A stretch of 64,000 nt of DNA from an uncultured Acidobacteriota bacterium (GCA_963827655.1 CAWHCF010000002.1:32001-96000); one strand, 5' to 3'; numbered from the stretch's first letter, positions 42,767-53,058 are shown. Numbers and translations are program-made. Notes: generated by a model not told the origin, from the letters alone.

Positions 42767-43432
42767 ATGGGGCGAATACTGATGAGCATCAGCCTTGTGC
42801 TGGCAACCGCCCTCTCCGGCCCGAGCGCGGGATGCCAATCGAGGAGTTCCGATGCCACGCCACTGCCTCTGGCCAGGACCGAACCGGAAAAGAAAATCCT
42901 GTCGGTGCTCGACGAGATGCGCCAGTCCGGAAGAATATATCTCAGTGTCCCGGTTAGCGACGGCCGCGTACTGCGGCTGCTCACCGAAGCGGTGGGGGCC
43001 AAGACGGTAGTCGAGATCGGCACCTCGACCGGTTACTCCGGACTCTGGTTCTGCCTCGCCTTGCAGAAGACCGGCGGCAAGCTGACCACGTTCGAAATAG
43101 ACTCGGGCCGGGCCGCGACAGCGCGCAAGCACTTCGAGCAGGCCGGCGTCGGCCAGATGGTCAACCTCATCGAAGGAGATGCCCACGAAAAGTTGTCCGG
43201 CTTGAAAGGACCGATTGACGTGGCATTCATCGACGCCGACAAGGAGGGCTACGTTGATTACCTGAATAAGCTGCTCCCGCTTGTGCGGCCTGGCGGCCTG
43301 ATCCTGGCCCATAACGTGACCATGGCCGCCGTAAAGGAAGGATACGTCAAGCAGGTCCTGGCCAACCCCGACCTGGAAACGATCTTCTACAGCGACGGCG
43401 GCGGACTGGGCGTAACCCTGAAGAAGCGCTGA
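42767..43432 (+). CDS. Class I SAM-dependent O-methyltransferase with N-terminal signal peptide
   Basis: VEIGTSTGYS, FIDADK, GGLILAHN. Confidence 0.85.
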   Translation: MGRILMSISLVLATALSGPSAGCQSRSSDATPLPLARTEPEKKILSVLDEMRQSGRIYLSVPVSDGRVLRLLTEAVGAKTVVEIGTSTGYSGLWFCLALQKTGGKLTTFEIDSGRAATARKHFEQAGVGQMVNLIEGDAHEKLSGLKGPIDVAFIDADKEGYVDYLNKLLPLVRPGGLILAHNVTMAAVKEGYVKQVLANPDLETIFYSDGGGLGVTLKKR

Positions 43433-43586
43433 CCCACCTTGCGTATTCGCGTCCTCGCGGTGGTTTTGTTCTTGACACTCCGGTAGTCGGTCGTTGCATA
43501 CTCCTCGCATCGAATGGATTCCAACCTCCGGAAAGCCAGTTGGTCCTGGCATCCCAGCGCAGCTTCCGGTTTTGAAAGGACGGTTT

Positions 43587-46500
43587 ATGAAGAGATCGAA
43601 CGCCATCGGCTGTTTGCTCATCGCCTGCCTGGCGCTTGCCGTGCCGGTCTTCGCCCAATCCGACCGGGGCGTCCTCACCGGCAGTGTGAAAGATGCCTCC
43701 GGCGCCGTCATTCCGGGCGCCTCGGTTACGGCGACTAATGCCGCCACGAATGTCTCCACTCGCACCATCTCGACTGACGACGGACTCTACGCGATCCCCG
43801 CGCTCCCCTCAGGGACCTACAAGGTCCGCGTCGAGCTCACGGGATTCAAGGCATGGGAGCAGTCGCAGGTCGTGCTGGCGGCCTCGACGACCGTGCGCGT
43901 CGACGCGACGCTGGAAGTCGGCCAGATCAACGAATCCGTCGAGGTCAGCAGCACAGCTCCGCCTCTGCAGACCGAAAACGCGAGGATCTCCTCATCGGTC
44001 AGCAACAAGATGGTCGACGAGCTGCCGCTGGTAGTCGCGGGCGCGATGCGCAGTCCGTTCGACCTGGCGCTCATCACGCCCGAGGCCAAGCAAGTCGAGG
44101 GATCCGGAACCGCCAGCGACGAGACGTTCGGACTGGGTGGCGGCCAGGTTGCTTCCTGGGGAATCACGCTGGACGGTGTTTCCGCCGGAACGGGGCGCTT
44201 CGCCTCGGTTCAATGGGCCAGCGTGAACACGCCGTCGCTCGACGCGATCACAGAGTTCACCGTCGATACCAATGGCTTCAAGGCCGAGTTCGGCCGCGCC
44301 TCGGGCGGTATCATGACTTTTGCATCCAAGTCCGGGACCAACAGCCTGCATGGAACCGCGTATGAGTTTCTCCGCAACGATGCATTCGACGCGCGCCGAT
44401 TCTTCGAGGCAACCCGGGGCACCTACAAACAGCACGACTTCGGCTGGAGCGTGGGAGGGCCGGTCGTGATCCCGAAGCTTTACGACGGCCGGCAAAAAAC
44501 GTTCTTCTTCAGCTCGATGGAATGGTTTCGCAACCGCGTCGGCGCCACGAGCAACGTCCTGAGCGTCCCGACGCCCGAGATGTACCAGGGCGACTTCAGA
44601 AACTGGGTCGACCAGAACGGGACCAGGCTGACAATCTACGATCCGGCGACCACGAGACCCAACCCCAGCGGCACCGGGTTCATCCGCGACCCCTTTCCCA
44701 ACAACATAATTCCTCAGAGCCGCTTCTCGAGCTTCGCGCAGGCGGTCATCAAGGCAGCCGGCGGCGTCGGCGTTCCCAACGTGGCCGCCGCGCCCGGAAC
44801 GAGCGCTTATGTCAGGAATAACTTCGTGAACGATCAGGGATCAGTCCTCGACCCCTGGACCAAGTTCAGCGCCAAGGTCGACCACAATTTTTCCGAGGCG
44901 CACAAGTTCAGTTTTCTTTATAACTACGGCCAGCACCTGAGGGAGCCCGGGTCCAGCGGTCCGACCGGACTGCCGGGGATTCTCAGCACGTTTCGAACCG
45001 GAGACCAGCGCAGCGACGTATATCGTGCCAGCTACACCTGGGTCATCCGTCCCACGCTGGTCAACAACATGTACGGCGGCGGGAACAACTGGCGCGAGTT
45101 GAACGCCTCGCTCAACGCCACCGGAGGCTGGCAGGCGAAGGGTGTCTGCCTGATCAACGCCTTCGACTGCGACCGCAACTTCGTCCAGGTCACGTTCTCC
45201 GACTACAGTACGTGGGGCGACTCGGCCGGAGATGGAAGTGAAAACGTTGTCTACTCGTTCGGCGACGACCTGTCGTGGATCAAGGGGAAGCACAACTTCA
45301 AGATGGGCTACCTCTGGGAGCTGATCCACTATAACGGCTTTGGCCGACAGACGATCTCCGGCCTGGTGAACGGCGATCGGCGCAGCACCAGCGTTCCCGG
45401 AAACAACAACATTACCACCGGCGGCGGAAACGGCTTCGCCTCTTTCCTTCTGGGCGAGTCGTACTCGGGCGGGACCGAGAACGACCGCTTCGTCGGCCAG
45501 GAGTGGCGCAGCCACTCGATGTACTTCCAGGACGACTGGAAGGTGTCGCAGCGCCTGACCGTGAACCTCGGGTTGCGCTACGAGTTCACCCTTCCGCCGA
45601 TCGAACAGCTCGATAAATGGAGCGACTTCACCCCCGACAAGCCGAATCCCGGCGCCGACGGGTTCCCGGGCGCTCTGCGCTTCGCCGGATTCGGTCCCGG
45701 CCGCGAGAACTCGCGCACGCTCGTGGGCGGATGGTATGGAGGTTTCGGCCCGCGCTTCGGTCTGGCCTACAGTCTCAGCGACAAGACCGTTCTGCGCGTT
45801 GCCGCGGCGCGCAGCTTCGGCGTGGTCAAGACGGTGACCGGAAGCACCCACTTCGAAGGCGCGATCAGCATCTTCCGGCCGACGTCAACCGATAACGGGA
45901 TTACCTCGGCCTTCAATATGGACCGGGGCCTCCCACCCTTCCCTCAGCCGCCGAGCATCGACCCGGCGTTCTCCAACGGCAACAACACCGCGTACTGGAA
46001 CAACGAGGCCGTGCGTCTGCCGGAAAGCTACGACTGGACGCTATCGATTCAGCGGCAGCTCGGGAATTCGTGGGTGGTCGAAACCGCGTACAACGCGACG
46101 ATCGGCGCCCATCTGGTCTCGGGCCTCTTGCGCATGAACCAGGTCCACTTCAGCAACTTCCAGAAGTACGGTCTCACACTGCTGCAGTCCAACATCAACT
46201 CCGCGGCCGCCATTGCGGCGGGGATTCCCAAGCCCTACCCGAGCTTCAACGGCAGCGTGGCGCAGGCGCTCCGTCCGTTCCCGCAATATCTCGACATCCA
46301 GACCCGGGAGGGTCACGGTGACAAGAGCGGCCATTCGAGCTACCATGCGGCGGTGCTCAAGCTCGAGAAGCGCTTTTCGGCAGGCTTTCAAATGCAGACG
46401 TCCTACGTTTTCTCGAAGCTCTTGACCGATTCCGACAGCTACATCGGCGACAACTCCGCCATCGATCATTACAACCGGCGGCTGGAGAAGTCGATCGGGC

Positions 46501-47066
46501 AGTACGATCAGACGCACAACTTCAAGGCCAGTTACATCTACGAGCTTCCCTTCGGCAACGGCCGGCGATGGTTGACGAGCGGGTTCGGCTCGAAGGTGTT
46601 CGGCGGCTGGCGCCTCGCGGCCTTCCACTACTATGCGAGCGGAACGCCGCTGGAGCTGACCAACAGCAACAGCTACAACATCTTCAACGGGCGGGGGGCG
46701 GCAACGGTCTCGACGTACGACGGATGGACTACGGAGCTCGAAAACCCGGACTGGCGCGGCGCCGACCGCTTCTTTCAGCCGAGGTCATTCTTCGGCCCTC
46801 AACCGACCGACCGGCTGGGCAATACGACCCGTCACAACGCGAAGGCGCGGACCTTTCCGAACTACGGCGAGAACTATTCTCTGGCGAAGTCGTTCCGGAT
46901 GACCGAAACTGCGCGGATAGATATTCGCTGGGAGCTGTTCAATCTGCTCAACCGGGCGCGCTTCGAAACCGGAGCCCGGAATCTGGACGATCCGAACTTC
47001 GGCCGGGTTCTGAACACGATCAACGAGCCGCGGCGCATGCAGTTTGGATTGAAGCTCTACTTCTGA
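43587..47066 (+). CDS. Oar-type TonB-dependent receptor with carboxypeptidase-regulatory-like N-domain
   Basis: Signal peptide, GSVKDASGAVIPGASV, AEFGR, YEFLRN..FDAR, QDDWKV..RLTVNLGLRY, C-terminal PRRMQFGLKLYF. Confidence 0.92.
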   Translation: MKRSNAIGCLLIACLALAVPVFAQSDRGVLTGSVKDASGAVIPGASVTATNAATNVSTRTISTDDGLYAIPALPSGTYKVRVELTGFKAWEQSQVVLAASTTVRVDATLEVGQINESVEVSSTAPPLQTENARISSSVSNKMVDELPLVVAGAMRSPFDLALITPEAKQVEGSGTASDETFGLGGGQVASWGITLDGVSAGTGRFASVQWASVNTPSLDAITEFTVDTNGFKAEFGRASGGIMTFASKSGTNSLHGTAYEFLRNDAFDARRFFEATRGTYKQHDFGWSVGGPVVIPKLYDGRQKTFFFSSMEWFRNRVGATSNVLSVPTPEMYQGDFRNWVDQNGTRLTIYDPATTRPNPSGTGFIRDPFPNNIIPQSRFSSFAQAVIKAAGGVGVPNVAAAPGTSAYVRNNFVNDQGSVLDPWTKFSAKVDHNFSEAHKFSFLYNYGQHLREPGSSGPTGLPGILSTFRTGDQRSDVYRASYTWVIRPTLVNNMYGGGNNWRELNASLNATGGWQAKGVCLINAFDCDRNFVQVTFSDYSTWGDSAGDGSENVVYSFGDDLSWIKGKHNFKMGYLWELIHYNGFGRQTISGLVNGDRRSTSVPGNNNITTGGGNGFASFLLGESYSGGTENDRFVGQEWRSHSMYFQDDWKVSQRLTVNLGLRYEFTLPPIEQLDKWSDFTPDKPNPGADGFPGALRFAGFGPGRENSRTLVGGWYGGFGPRFGLAYSLSDKTVLRVAAARSFGVVKTVTGSTHFEGAISIFRPTSTDNGITSAFNMDRGLPPFPQPPSIDPAFSNGNNTAYWNNEAVRLPESYDWTLSIQRQLGNSWVVETAYNATIGAHLVSGLLRMNQVHFSNFQKYGLTLLQSNINSAAAIAAGIPKPYPSFNGSVAQALRPFPQYLDIQTREGHGDKSGHSSYHAAVLKLEKRFSAGFQMQTSYVFSKLLTDSDSYIGDNSAIDHYNRRLEKSIGQYDQTHNFKASYIYELPFGNGRRWLTSGFGSKVFGGWRLAAFHYYASGTPLELTNSNSYNIFNGRGAATVSTYDGWTTELENPDWRGADRFFQPRSFFGPQPTDRLGNTTRHNAKARTFPNYGENYSLAKSFRMTETARIDIRWELFNLLNRARFETGARNLDDPNFGRVLNTINEPRRMQFGLKLYF

Positions 47067-47150
47067 AGTCGAGCTGATTTCGCGTCCTGGCGGAAAGAAG
47101 ATCTACCGCCAGGACGCGAAGCCGCAATCTCCCCACTACGCCAGCCGAAA

Positions 47151-47567
47151 CTAGAGCAACCTCGTTATCGCCGCCGCAAAACCGCGAAGATCGCCCAGGT
47201 TCCCGCGGATTATTTCGTACACCTGTCCGTAGTCCACTTTCGAATAAACGTGGACGAGGAGGTTGCGAAATCGTGCCATTTGCTGAAGGCGATCGGCCAG
47301 GTCCCCGGAAATGAGCCCCGCCTGGCACAGGATCTCGAAACACTCGGCGTATTCCTCCGGGATTTTTCGCAGTCGCTTCGCGGCGACGTGGTAGCAGAGG
47401 GCCAATGCAGACTCAATAACAATAAGGAGGCGGTAACACGCAATATCAAGGGTGTCCTGGTTTGCCTGGAATTGCTCTTTGGTGAGGCCTTGAAATCGCT
47501 CCAAACGTTGAATTGAATCTTCAATCTCTGCGCATCGAGACCTGACGAGGTCGGCGTTCAAGCTCAT
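47151..47567 (-). CDS. HEPN (DUF86/HepT-like) ribonuclease toxin
   Basis: FRNLLVHVY = RX4HXY motif; 4-nt overlap with upstream MNT. Confidence 0.88.
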   Translation of the reverse strand: MSLNADLVRSRCAEIEDSIQRLERFQGLTKEQFQANQDTLDIACYRLLIVIESALALCYHVAAKRLRKIPEEYAECFEILCQAGLISGDLADRLQQMARFRNLLVHVYSKVDYGQVYEIIRGNLGDLRGFAAAITRLL

Positions 47568-47977
47568 GGGGAAAAGGCCTCTTTCGTGCTCCTCAGCAGT
47601 AGTGGCGCAATGTCGAGGTACCGGCGTACTGTGTTTTCCATGATTGTCGACAGGAGGTCGTCATCGTGGGTGAGGATCAGCTGTCCTTTCATGACGTGAT
47701 ATAGAAAGGTGACAGGCGCGTCATTCAAAATTCTGACGTCTACCGGGATTTTCAGCCGAACGCTGAGCCGGCGACCAAGCATCGACGACAACATCATGCT
47801 TGACCGGGGGTCACGAAGATACACCCCTACATCCAAATCGTGAAAGGGTGCGCATTCTGCGAAGGAACCATACAGATAGGCGAACGCAATTTCATAGTGA
47901 GACGCTAGTTCTTTGGCCAGCGCATCCATGATGCCTGGGCGCTCACCAGGATCATTACTGTACAATCTCCTCTTCAT
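47564..47977 (-). CDS. Minimal nucleotidyltransferase (MntA-like) antitoxin
   Basis: AYLYGSFA...HDLDVGV, VDVRILN. Confidence 0.88.
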   Translation of the reverse strand: MKRRLYSNDPGERPGIMDALAKELASHYEIAFAYLYGSFAECAPFHDLDVGVYLRDPRSSMMLSSMLGRRLSVRLKIPVDVRILNDAPVTFLYHVMKGQLILTHDDDLLSTIMENTVRRYLDIAPLLLRSTKEAFSP

Positions 47978-48007
47978 CTTGAGTTTTGAACGCCGGGCTC
48001 GAAGATA

Positions 48008-49315
48008 TCACCACTCGGCTACCGAGCCATCCTGATGAAACACGCGCGCCATGGGGCGTGTGCCTCCGAAGGGATACTTTTTCAGCGCCTCCTCGGTCAG
48101 GTCAAAGCCCAGCCCCGGTTTCTCGGGTAGCGGGAAGCGGCCGTTGACCATGCGCATCGCCGGAAACCCAAGCCACTCTTCCCACACCTTCTCCTTCATC
48201 TCCGGCTGAACGCCGCTGCAGATTTCCTGCACCAGGAAGTTCGGCATGGCTGCGTCGACGTGGACCGTCGCCAGGCCGCCGATCGGACCTTCGCAAGCGT
48301 GAGGCGCCATGGAGATTCCGGAGGCTTCTGCCATGGCCGCCACCTTCCACAGCGCCGTTACTCCGCCCACATGGTTGATGTCGGTCTGCAGAATGTCGAC
48401 CACGCCCATCTCGACGAGCTCGCGGCACGAAAACGAAGCCACCAGCCGCTCTCCGGTGGCAATGGGCGTGGTGGACCGCCGCGCGATTCGCGCCATAGCT
48501 TTTACATTTTCGGGCGGGCAGGGCTCCTCGATAAACAAGAGGTTGAGCGGTTCCACTTCCTTCACCAGAATCGAGGCCACGGCCGGACTGGTCTTGGCGT
48601 GAAAATCAATTCCGATATCGATCTCCGGTCCCAGACCTTCGCGCAGCATCTGCATGGCGCCGACCGCGCGCTTGATCTTGGCATGAGTCTCGATCCACTC
48701 GTAGTATCCCGGGATGCCACTCTTGAAACATGTAACCCCCAGGCTGACGGCATTCTCGCGCAGGCGCGCAAGCTCCTCCCGGGTCTGGGCGCGCGCGTGA
48801 TAATATCCGCGGACACCGCGGGGATCCATCGGGCCGCCCAGAAGCTTGTAAACCGGAAGTCCGAGCACCTTCCCTCGAATGTCCCACAGCGCCTGGTCGA
48901 TTCCCGATATCGCCGAACCAATGACCGGACCGGCACGGTAAAAGGTGTGGACGTACATCGATTGCCAGTGGTGCTCTACCTGCATCGGATCGCTGCCGAT
49001 GATGAAGTCACGAAAGTCGTTGACGCATGCAATGACGGCTCCGGCCTTGCCTTCGAGCGTCCCCTCTCCCCACCCGATGACGCCGGCGTCGGTTTCCAGT
49101 TTGACGAATACGTAAGGCCGGTCAGAATCGGGCGTCAACGATACGCCGAAGACCTTCATGTTGGTGATTTTGATTTTCGATCCGACTGAGAGAAAGGCCT
49201 CGCTACCGGCCGGGTTTTGAGCCTGAGGGCCGAAGCAGACGCACTCCGCAGCAGCAGCTATTTTCGGACCAGCCAGCGCTCCAGCCATACCGCCCAGAAA
49301 CTGACGTCGTCTCAT
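48008..49315 (-). CDS. Galactonate dehydratase-like enolase-superfamily enzyme with Tat signal
   Basis: MRRRQFL, GWGE, IDQALWDI.GK, IDFH, IEEP, TGER, APH, QE. Confidence 0.85.
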   Translation of the reverse strand: MRRRQFLGGMAGALAGPKIAAAAECVCFGPQAQNPAGSEAFLSVGSKIKITNMKVFGVSLTPDSDRPYVFVKLETDAGVIGWGEGTLEGKAGAVIACVNDFRDFIIGSDPMQVEHHWQSMYVHTFYRAGPVIGSAISGIDQALWDIRGKVLGLPVYKLLGGPMDPRGVRGYYHARAQTREELARLRENAVSLGVTCFKSGIPGYYEWIETHAKIKRAVGAMQMLREGLGPEIDIGIDFHAKTSPAVASILVKEVEPLNLLFIEEPCPPENVKAMARIARRSTTPIATGERLVASFSCRELVEMGVVDILQTDINHVGGVTALWKVAAMAEASGISMAPHACEGPIGGLATVHVDAAMPNFLVQEICSGVQPEMKEKVWEEWLGFPAMRMVNGRFPLPEKPGLGFDLTEEALKKYPFGGTRPMARVFHQDGSVAEW

Positions 49316-50469
49316 GCTGCGTTCTCCCTGTATTTCTGAAGCGCGTCTTCGTTGACCGAGATCCCCAGGCCCGGCCCGCTCGGAAGTTCCACAAATCCAT
49401 CTTTGACTTCCTCGACCGGGCGGGATATCAGAGCCGCTCGCATACGCCGGTCTTCTTCCGCCTTAGGGAAAGGGATCTGCTGGATGAAGAAATTCGGAAT
49501 GCTGGCCGCCAGGTGAAGCGCGGCCGCTGTTGCGATGGGCCCGCCGTCATGATGCGGCGCCAGCGCGACGTAGTAGGTTTCGGCCAGAGCCGCTATCTTT
49601 CGAATTCCGCTGATTCCATTGAACGACAAGTCGGGACGGAGTACGTCCACGGCTTCCTGGCGCAGCAGATCCTGGAACTGGCCTCCCTGGCTGATTCTTC
49701 GACCGAATCCGAGGGGAGTGACGCTTTCGGAGGAGATTTTGACCAGTCCCGACAGATTGGAGATTCTGCAGGGCTCATCAAACCAGAGCAGATGAAACCG
49801 TTCGAGCGCGGAACAAAGGCTGGCCGTGTCGCCCGGCGACAGGGACTCGGCTCCGGCCAGCGCGAAGTCGAGTGTTTCTCCGCCGGCTGTGCGCAGTGAT
49901 TCCATGCGCTTGCGCGTCTTGTGAACGAACGCCTGCCCCTGGTTGGGCGCTGCTACCGGCGGTAGTGGAACCAGGAAAGCCCGATAGCCGGCTTGCTGGG
50001 CGCGCTTCAGCGAGGAAATCAGGTCCTCGTCGGAATCGCCCTCGAGCGCCGTTATGGCGCGCGCCTTGTTGCGCGTGGGGCCGCCCAGGATGTGATGAAC
50101 CGGGGCTTTGGCAAATTGACCGATCACATCAAGCAGGGCCATGTTGACGGCGGCCTCGATACCTGGTACGGGCGCCAGTTGCCGTCTTGCCGATTCAAAA
50201 GCCGTAGCCGGCATCCCGATCACGACTTTCTTTGCCTGCTCGAGGGCCTGGGCAGAAACCGCGGCGCACTCTCCGAATCCCGCCAGACCCGATTCAGTTT
50301 GAATCTTGACGATCGTGTAGCTGCGACGGGAGACCGGCTCGCGCAGCGCGTAGCTCCGAAGCTCGGTCACGGTGAGCTGGCGTTCGACATCCGAGCTCGG
50401 CTTGACCGGAGCCTGGGCCAGGTTCCTGGGAATCAGTCGCGCCCGCCGCAATCTTGTCGTTCGCAGCAT
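49312..50469 (-). CDS. Mandelate racemase/MLE family protein with degenerate active site
   Basis: GFGEC, MALLD, LGGPTR, DEP, RPDL, APH, ELPSGPGLG; lacks catalytic Lys and two metal ligands. Confidence 0.8.
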   Translation of the reverse strand: MLRTTRLRRARLIPRNLAQAPVKPSSDVERQLTVTELRSYALREPVSRRSYTIVKIQTESGLAGFGECAAVSAQALEQAKKVVIGMPATAFESARRQLAPVPGIEAAVNMALLDVIGQFAKAPVHHILGGPTRNKARAITALEGDSDEDLISSLKRAQQAGYRAFLVPLPPVAAPNQGQAFVHKTRKRMESLRTAGGETLDFALAGAESLSPGDTASLCSALERFHLLWFDEPCRISNLSGLVKISSESVTPLGFGRRISQGGQFQDLLRQEAVDVLRPDLSFNGISGIRKIAALAETYYVALAPHHDGGPIATAAALHLAASIPNFFIQQIPFPKAEEDRRMRAALISRPVEEVKDGFVELPSGPGLGISVNEDALQKYRENAA

Positions 50470-50582
50470 CTCTCCTCCTCACCGCAAAGACGCCAAGACA
50501 CTAAGCTTGACAACACATCTCGCAAGGCCGCATCATCGCGCCTATTCATTCGAATTGCAAATCAATCTTGGGTAGTCTTTCT

Positions 50583-51490
50583 ATGGCTCCGAAGAACGCC
50601 TGCCGCGTTGTTGTATTCATCTTTATTCTGATTACCCTGCCCTGGACCGAGTCAAACGAATCGGATACAAGACCGACTTTTCGAGTTGGTGTAGAGACGG
50701 TTTTTATCAATGTTTCGGTCACCGATTCGCTCAACCGCTCTGTTGGAGGACTCGAGAAGGAGAGCTTTCGCATTTTTGAAGACACGGTCGAGCAGTCCAT
50801 CACTCACTTCATCGAGGAATCAGCTCCCGTCAGCATGGGAATTCTCTTCGATATAAGCCCGAGCATGAAGCGCAATATCCAGTCGGCTCGAAGATCTATC
50901 CTGCGTCTCCTGCAATCAGGAACTCCGGATGATGAGTTTTTTCTTGTGAGCTTCAATCAAAAGACGAAGCTGGTCCAGGGTTTCACCCGGGAGGCAGCCA
51001 GCTTGGAACGAAGCATCTCGTCGATCAAGCCGCGTGGGCGGACGGCGCTTTACGATGCGGTCCATCTCGGAATGGAACAAATCAGGGCGGCAAGAAACCG
51101 GAAGAGCGCCCTCATTCTGATTACCGATGGCGAGGATAACAGCAGCCGGTACACTGCCGCCGAAGTCAGGGAGCTGGCCAGCGAGTCCGGGGCTCCCATC
51201 TATGCCATCGGAGAGAAAGGTAAGCTGGGATACGGGCATCAGGAAATCCAAGGGTCTGGCGGATTTGACCGGAGGCCGTGCTTTTTTCCCGCAGACATTC
51301 AGTCAACTCGACTATTATGTGGACTTGATTCGCTCGGAATTGACCAACCAGTACGTCCTCGGGTATACCCCCGTCAACAAAGCCCGCGACGGAAAGTGGC
51401 GCAAGCTCCAGGTAAAACTTGCCGCACCTGAAGGTTTTTCGAAGATGATCGTTCGCGACGCGGCAGGGCTATTTCGCTTCGAACGAATAG
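50583..51490 (+). CDS. Acidobacterial-type VWA domain protein, frameshifted near 51250 and 51457
   Basis: PTFRVGVETV, DISPSM (MIDAS), TALYDA, LITDGEDN.S; then LADLTGGRAF, ELTNQYVLGYTP, RQGYF* in other frames. Confidence 0.85.
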
Positions 51491-51520
51491 CCCTCACTTC
51501 TTACCGAGTTTGAGGGCGGC

Positions 51521-51552
51521 AGCTGACAGCTGAAAGCTGACGGCTGATAGCT
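51521..51552. repeat. Heptamer array (AGCTGAN)x4
   Basis: AGCTGAC AGCTGAA AGCTGAC GGCTGAT AGCT. Confidence 0.7.
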
Positions 51553-51593
51553 CCGCGGCATGATTCTTCGCGTCTTCGTGGTTGATATTGCCT

Positions 51594-52376
51594 ATGCATC
51601 GGCGGCTTGAAGGGAAAGTGGCTCTCATCACCGGCGCCTCGCGCGGTATTGGACGAGCGACGGCGTCGGTTTTCGCGCGCGAAGGGGCGCGCCTGGCGCT
51701 GAACTATCTCAAGAATGCCGACTCGGCATTCCGGCTGGTGGAGGAGATTCAGAATGCAGGACAGGAGGCTCTCGCGCTCCAGGCGAATGTTGCCGATAAG
51801 CTTGAGGTCGGTGCGATGGTCGAGAAAGCCACGGCCGAGTTCGGCACTATCGATATCCTCATCAACAACGCCGGGATCCTTCACCTGGGTGAGTTGATGA
51901 CGCTGAAGGAAGAGGAATTCGACGACATGATCGCCGTGAACCTCAAAGGGGTGATCCACTGTGCGCAGGCGGTAGCGCCCCTCATGATGAAGCAGCGCTC
52001 CGGCAAGATCGTGAACATCTCATCCCTGGCGGCACTCGGGACCGCCGTGACCGGGACAACGCCTTACGGCGCCACCAAGGCGGCTGTCATTGCCCTGACC
52101 AAAAGGATGGCGCTCGAGCTGGGACCTCACGGCATTAATGTCAACGGCATCTGTCCCGGCTTTATCCGGACCGACATGATGGGGGCGGTCGTCGATGAGT
52201 CGGAGAGCGCGCGGCTGAGCGCTCTGGCGAAAAAAGCGATGCTCGGCCGGATCGGCGCCCCGGAAGATGTGGCCCGGTGCGCGCTCTTCTTGGCCAGCGA
52301 CGAAGCCAGCTTCATAACCGCCCAGGTAATTACCGTCGACGGCGGCCGGATGGATTTCCTCTCACATTCGGTCTGA
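51594..52376 (+). CDS. SDR family oxidoreductase (FabG-like)
   Basis: TGASRGIG, NNAG, YGATK, VDGG. Confidence 0.9.
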   Translation: MHRRLEGKVALITGASRGIGRATASVFAREGARLALNYLKNADSAFRLVEEIQNAGQEALALQANVADKLEVGAMVEKATAEFGTIDILINNAGILHLGELMTLKEEEFDDMIAVNLKGVIHCAQAVAPLMMKQRSGKIVNISSLAALGTAVTGTTPYGATKAAVIALTKRMALELGPHGINVNGICPGFIRTDMMGAVVDESESARLSALAKKAMLGRIGAPEDVARCALFLASDEASFITAQVITVDGGRMDFLSHSV

Positions 52377-53038
52377 CCCTTAGCGTTTCTTTGTGTCTTC
52401 GATGTCTTGGTGGTATTTGTTCCGCTAGAGCGCGTCTCCTGTGGTCCCTCCATCCAGAGGATAGACCGGACGATCTGGTCAGGATTGGCCAGGCCGGGGC
52501 AGGCTGCCCACCTGTCGAGCGCCTCGTTGCCGAACCGGATGAGACCGATGTGCTGCGACTCGTCCCGGTCCACGGCCGGATCAGGGTCGAAGAAGCCCAG
52601 CTTGCGGCGGAGAACTTCCATCTGGGCACGCTTTCCCGTCAGGAAGAGCCAACCTGGTTTGATTCCGTGCATTTCGGCGTAATGCTTGAGCGCCTTGGGC
52701 GAATCCTGGTCCGGCTTGAGCGTTAGAGAATACATGAAAATATCCCGTCCGGCGCGGTCGCCCAGCGCTCTCTGCACCTTCACCAGGTTCGCGGTGATGC
52801 CCGGACACACGCCTTCACACTGCACGTATATCATGTTGATAACGACGATCTTGCCCTTGATCAGATCCGTGTAGAAACGCACTGGCTTGTTCTCATGAGT
52901 GCGCAGGACAAAGTCCGGAAAGTATCCGGCTCGTGGACCGCCGGCGTTGCCCGTTCGTTCTTTGGCTGGCCGCGGTGCGACAAAGCCGGAAGCGAGACGA
53001 GTCAGGGTTTCATTCACCAGCAAGCCCCTTCTGTTCAT
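52127..53038 (-). CDS. SCO1/SenC copper-binding protein; homology ends near 52450, the remainder is probable read-through
   Basis: CEGVCP (CxxxC), D.P..LK.YA, WLFLTG, conserved His (QH); follows multicopper oxidase. Confidence 0.82.
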   Translation of the reverse strand: MNRRGLLVNETLTRLASGFVAPRPAKERTGNAGGPRAGYFPDFVLRTHENKPVRFYTDLIKGKIVVINMIYVQCEGVCPGITANLVKVQRALGDRAGRDIFMYSLTLKPDQDSPKALKHYAEMHGIKPGWLFLTGKRAQMEVLRRKLGFFDPDPAVDRDESQHIGLIRFGNEALDRWAACPGLANPDQIVRSILWMEGPQETRSSGTNTTKTSKTQRNAKGQTECERKSIRPPSTVITWAVMKLASSLAKKSAHRATSSGAPIRPSIAFFARALSRALSDSSTTAPIMSVRIKPGQMPLTLMP

Positions 53039-53058
53039 GGCGCGGTCTCCTGTGACTA

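Noticed and set aside
43472-43502. TTGACA...CATACT promoter for the TBDR
   Set aside because: 19-nt spacer; plausible but not supportable as a feature
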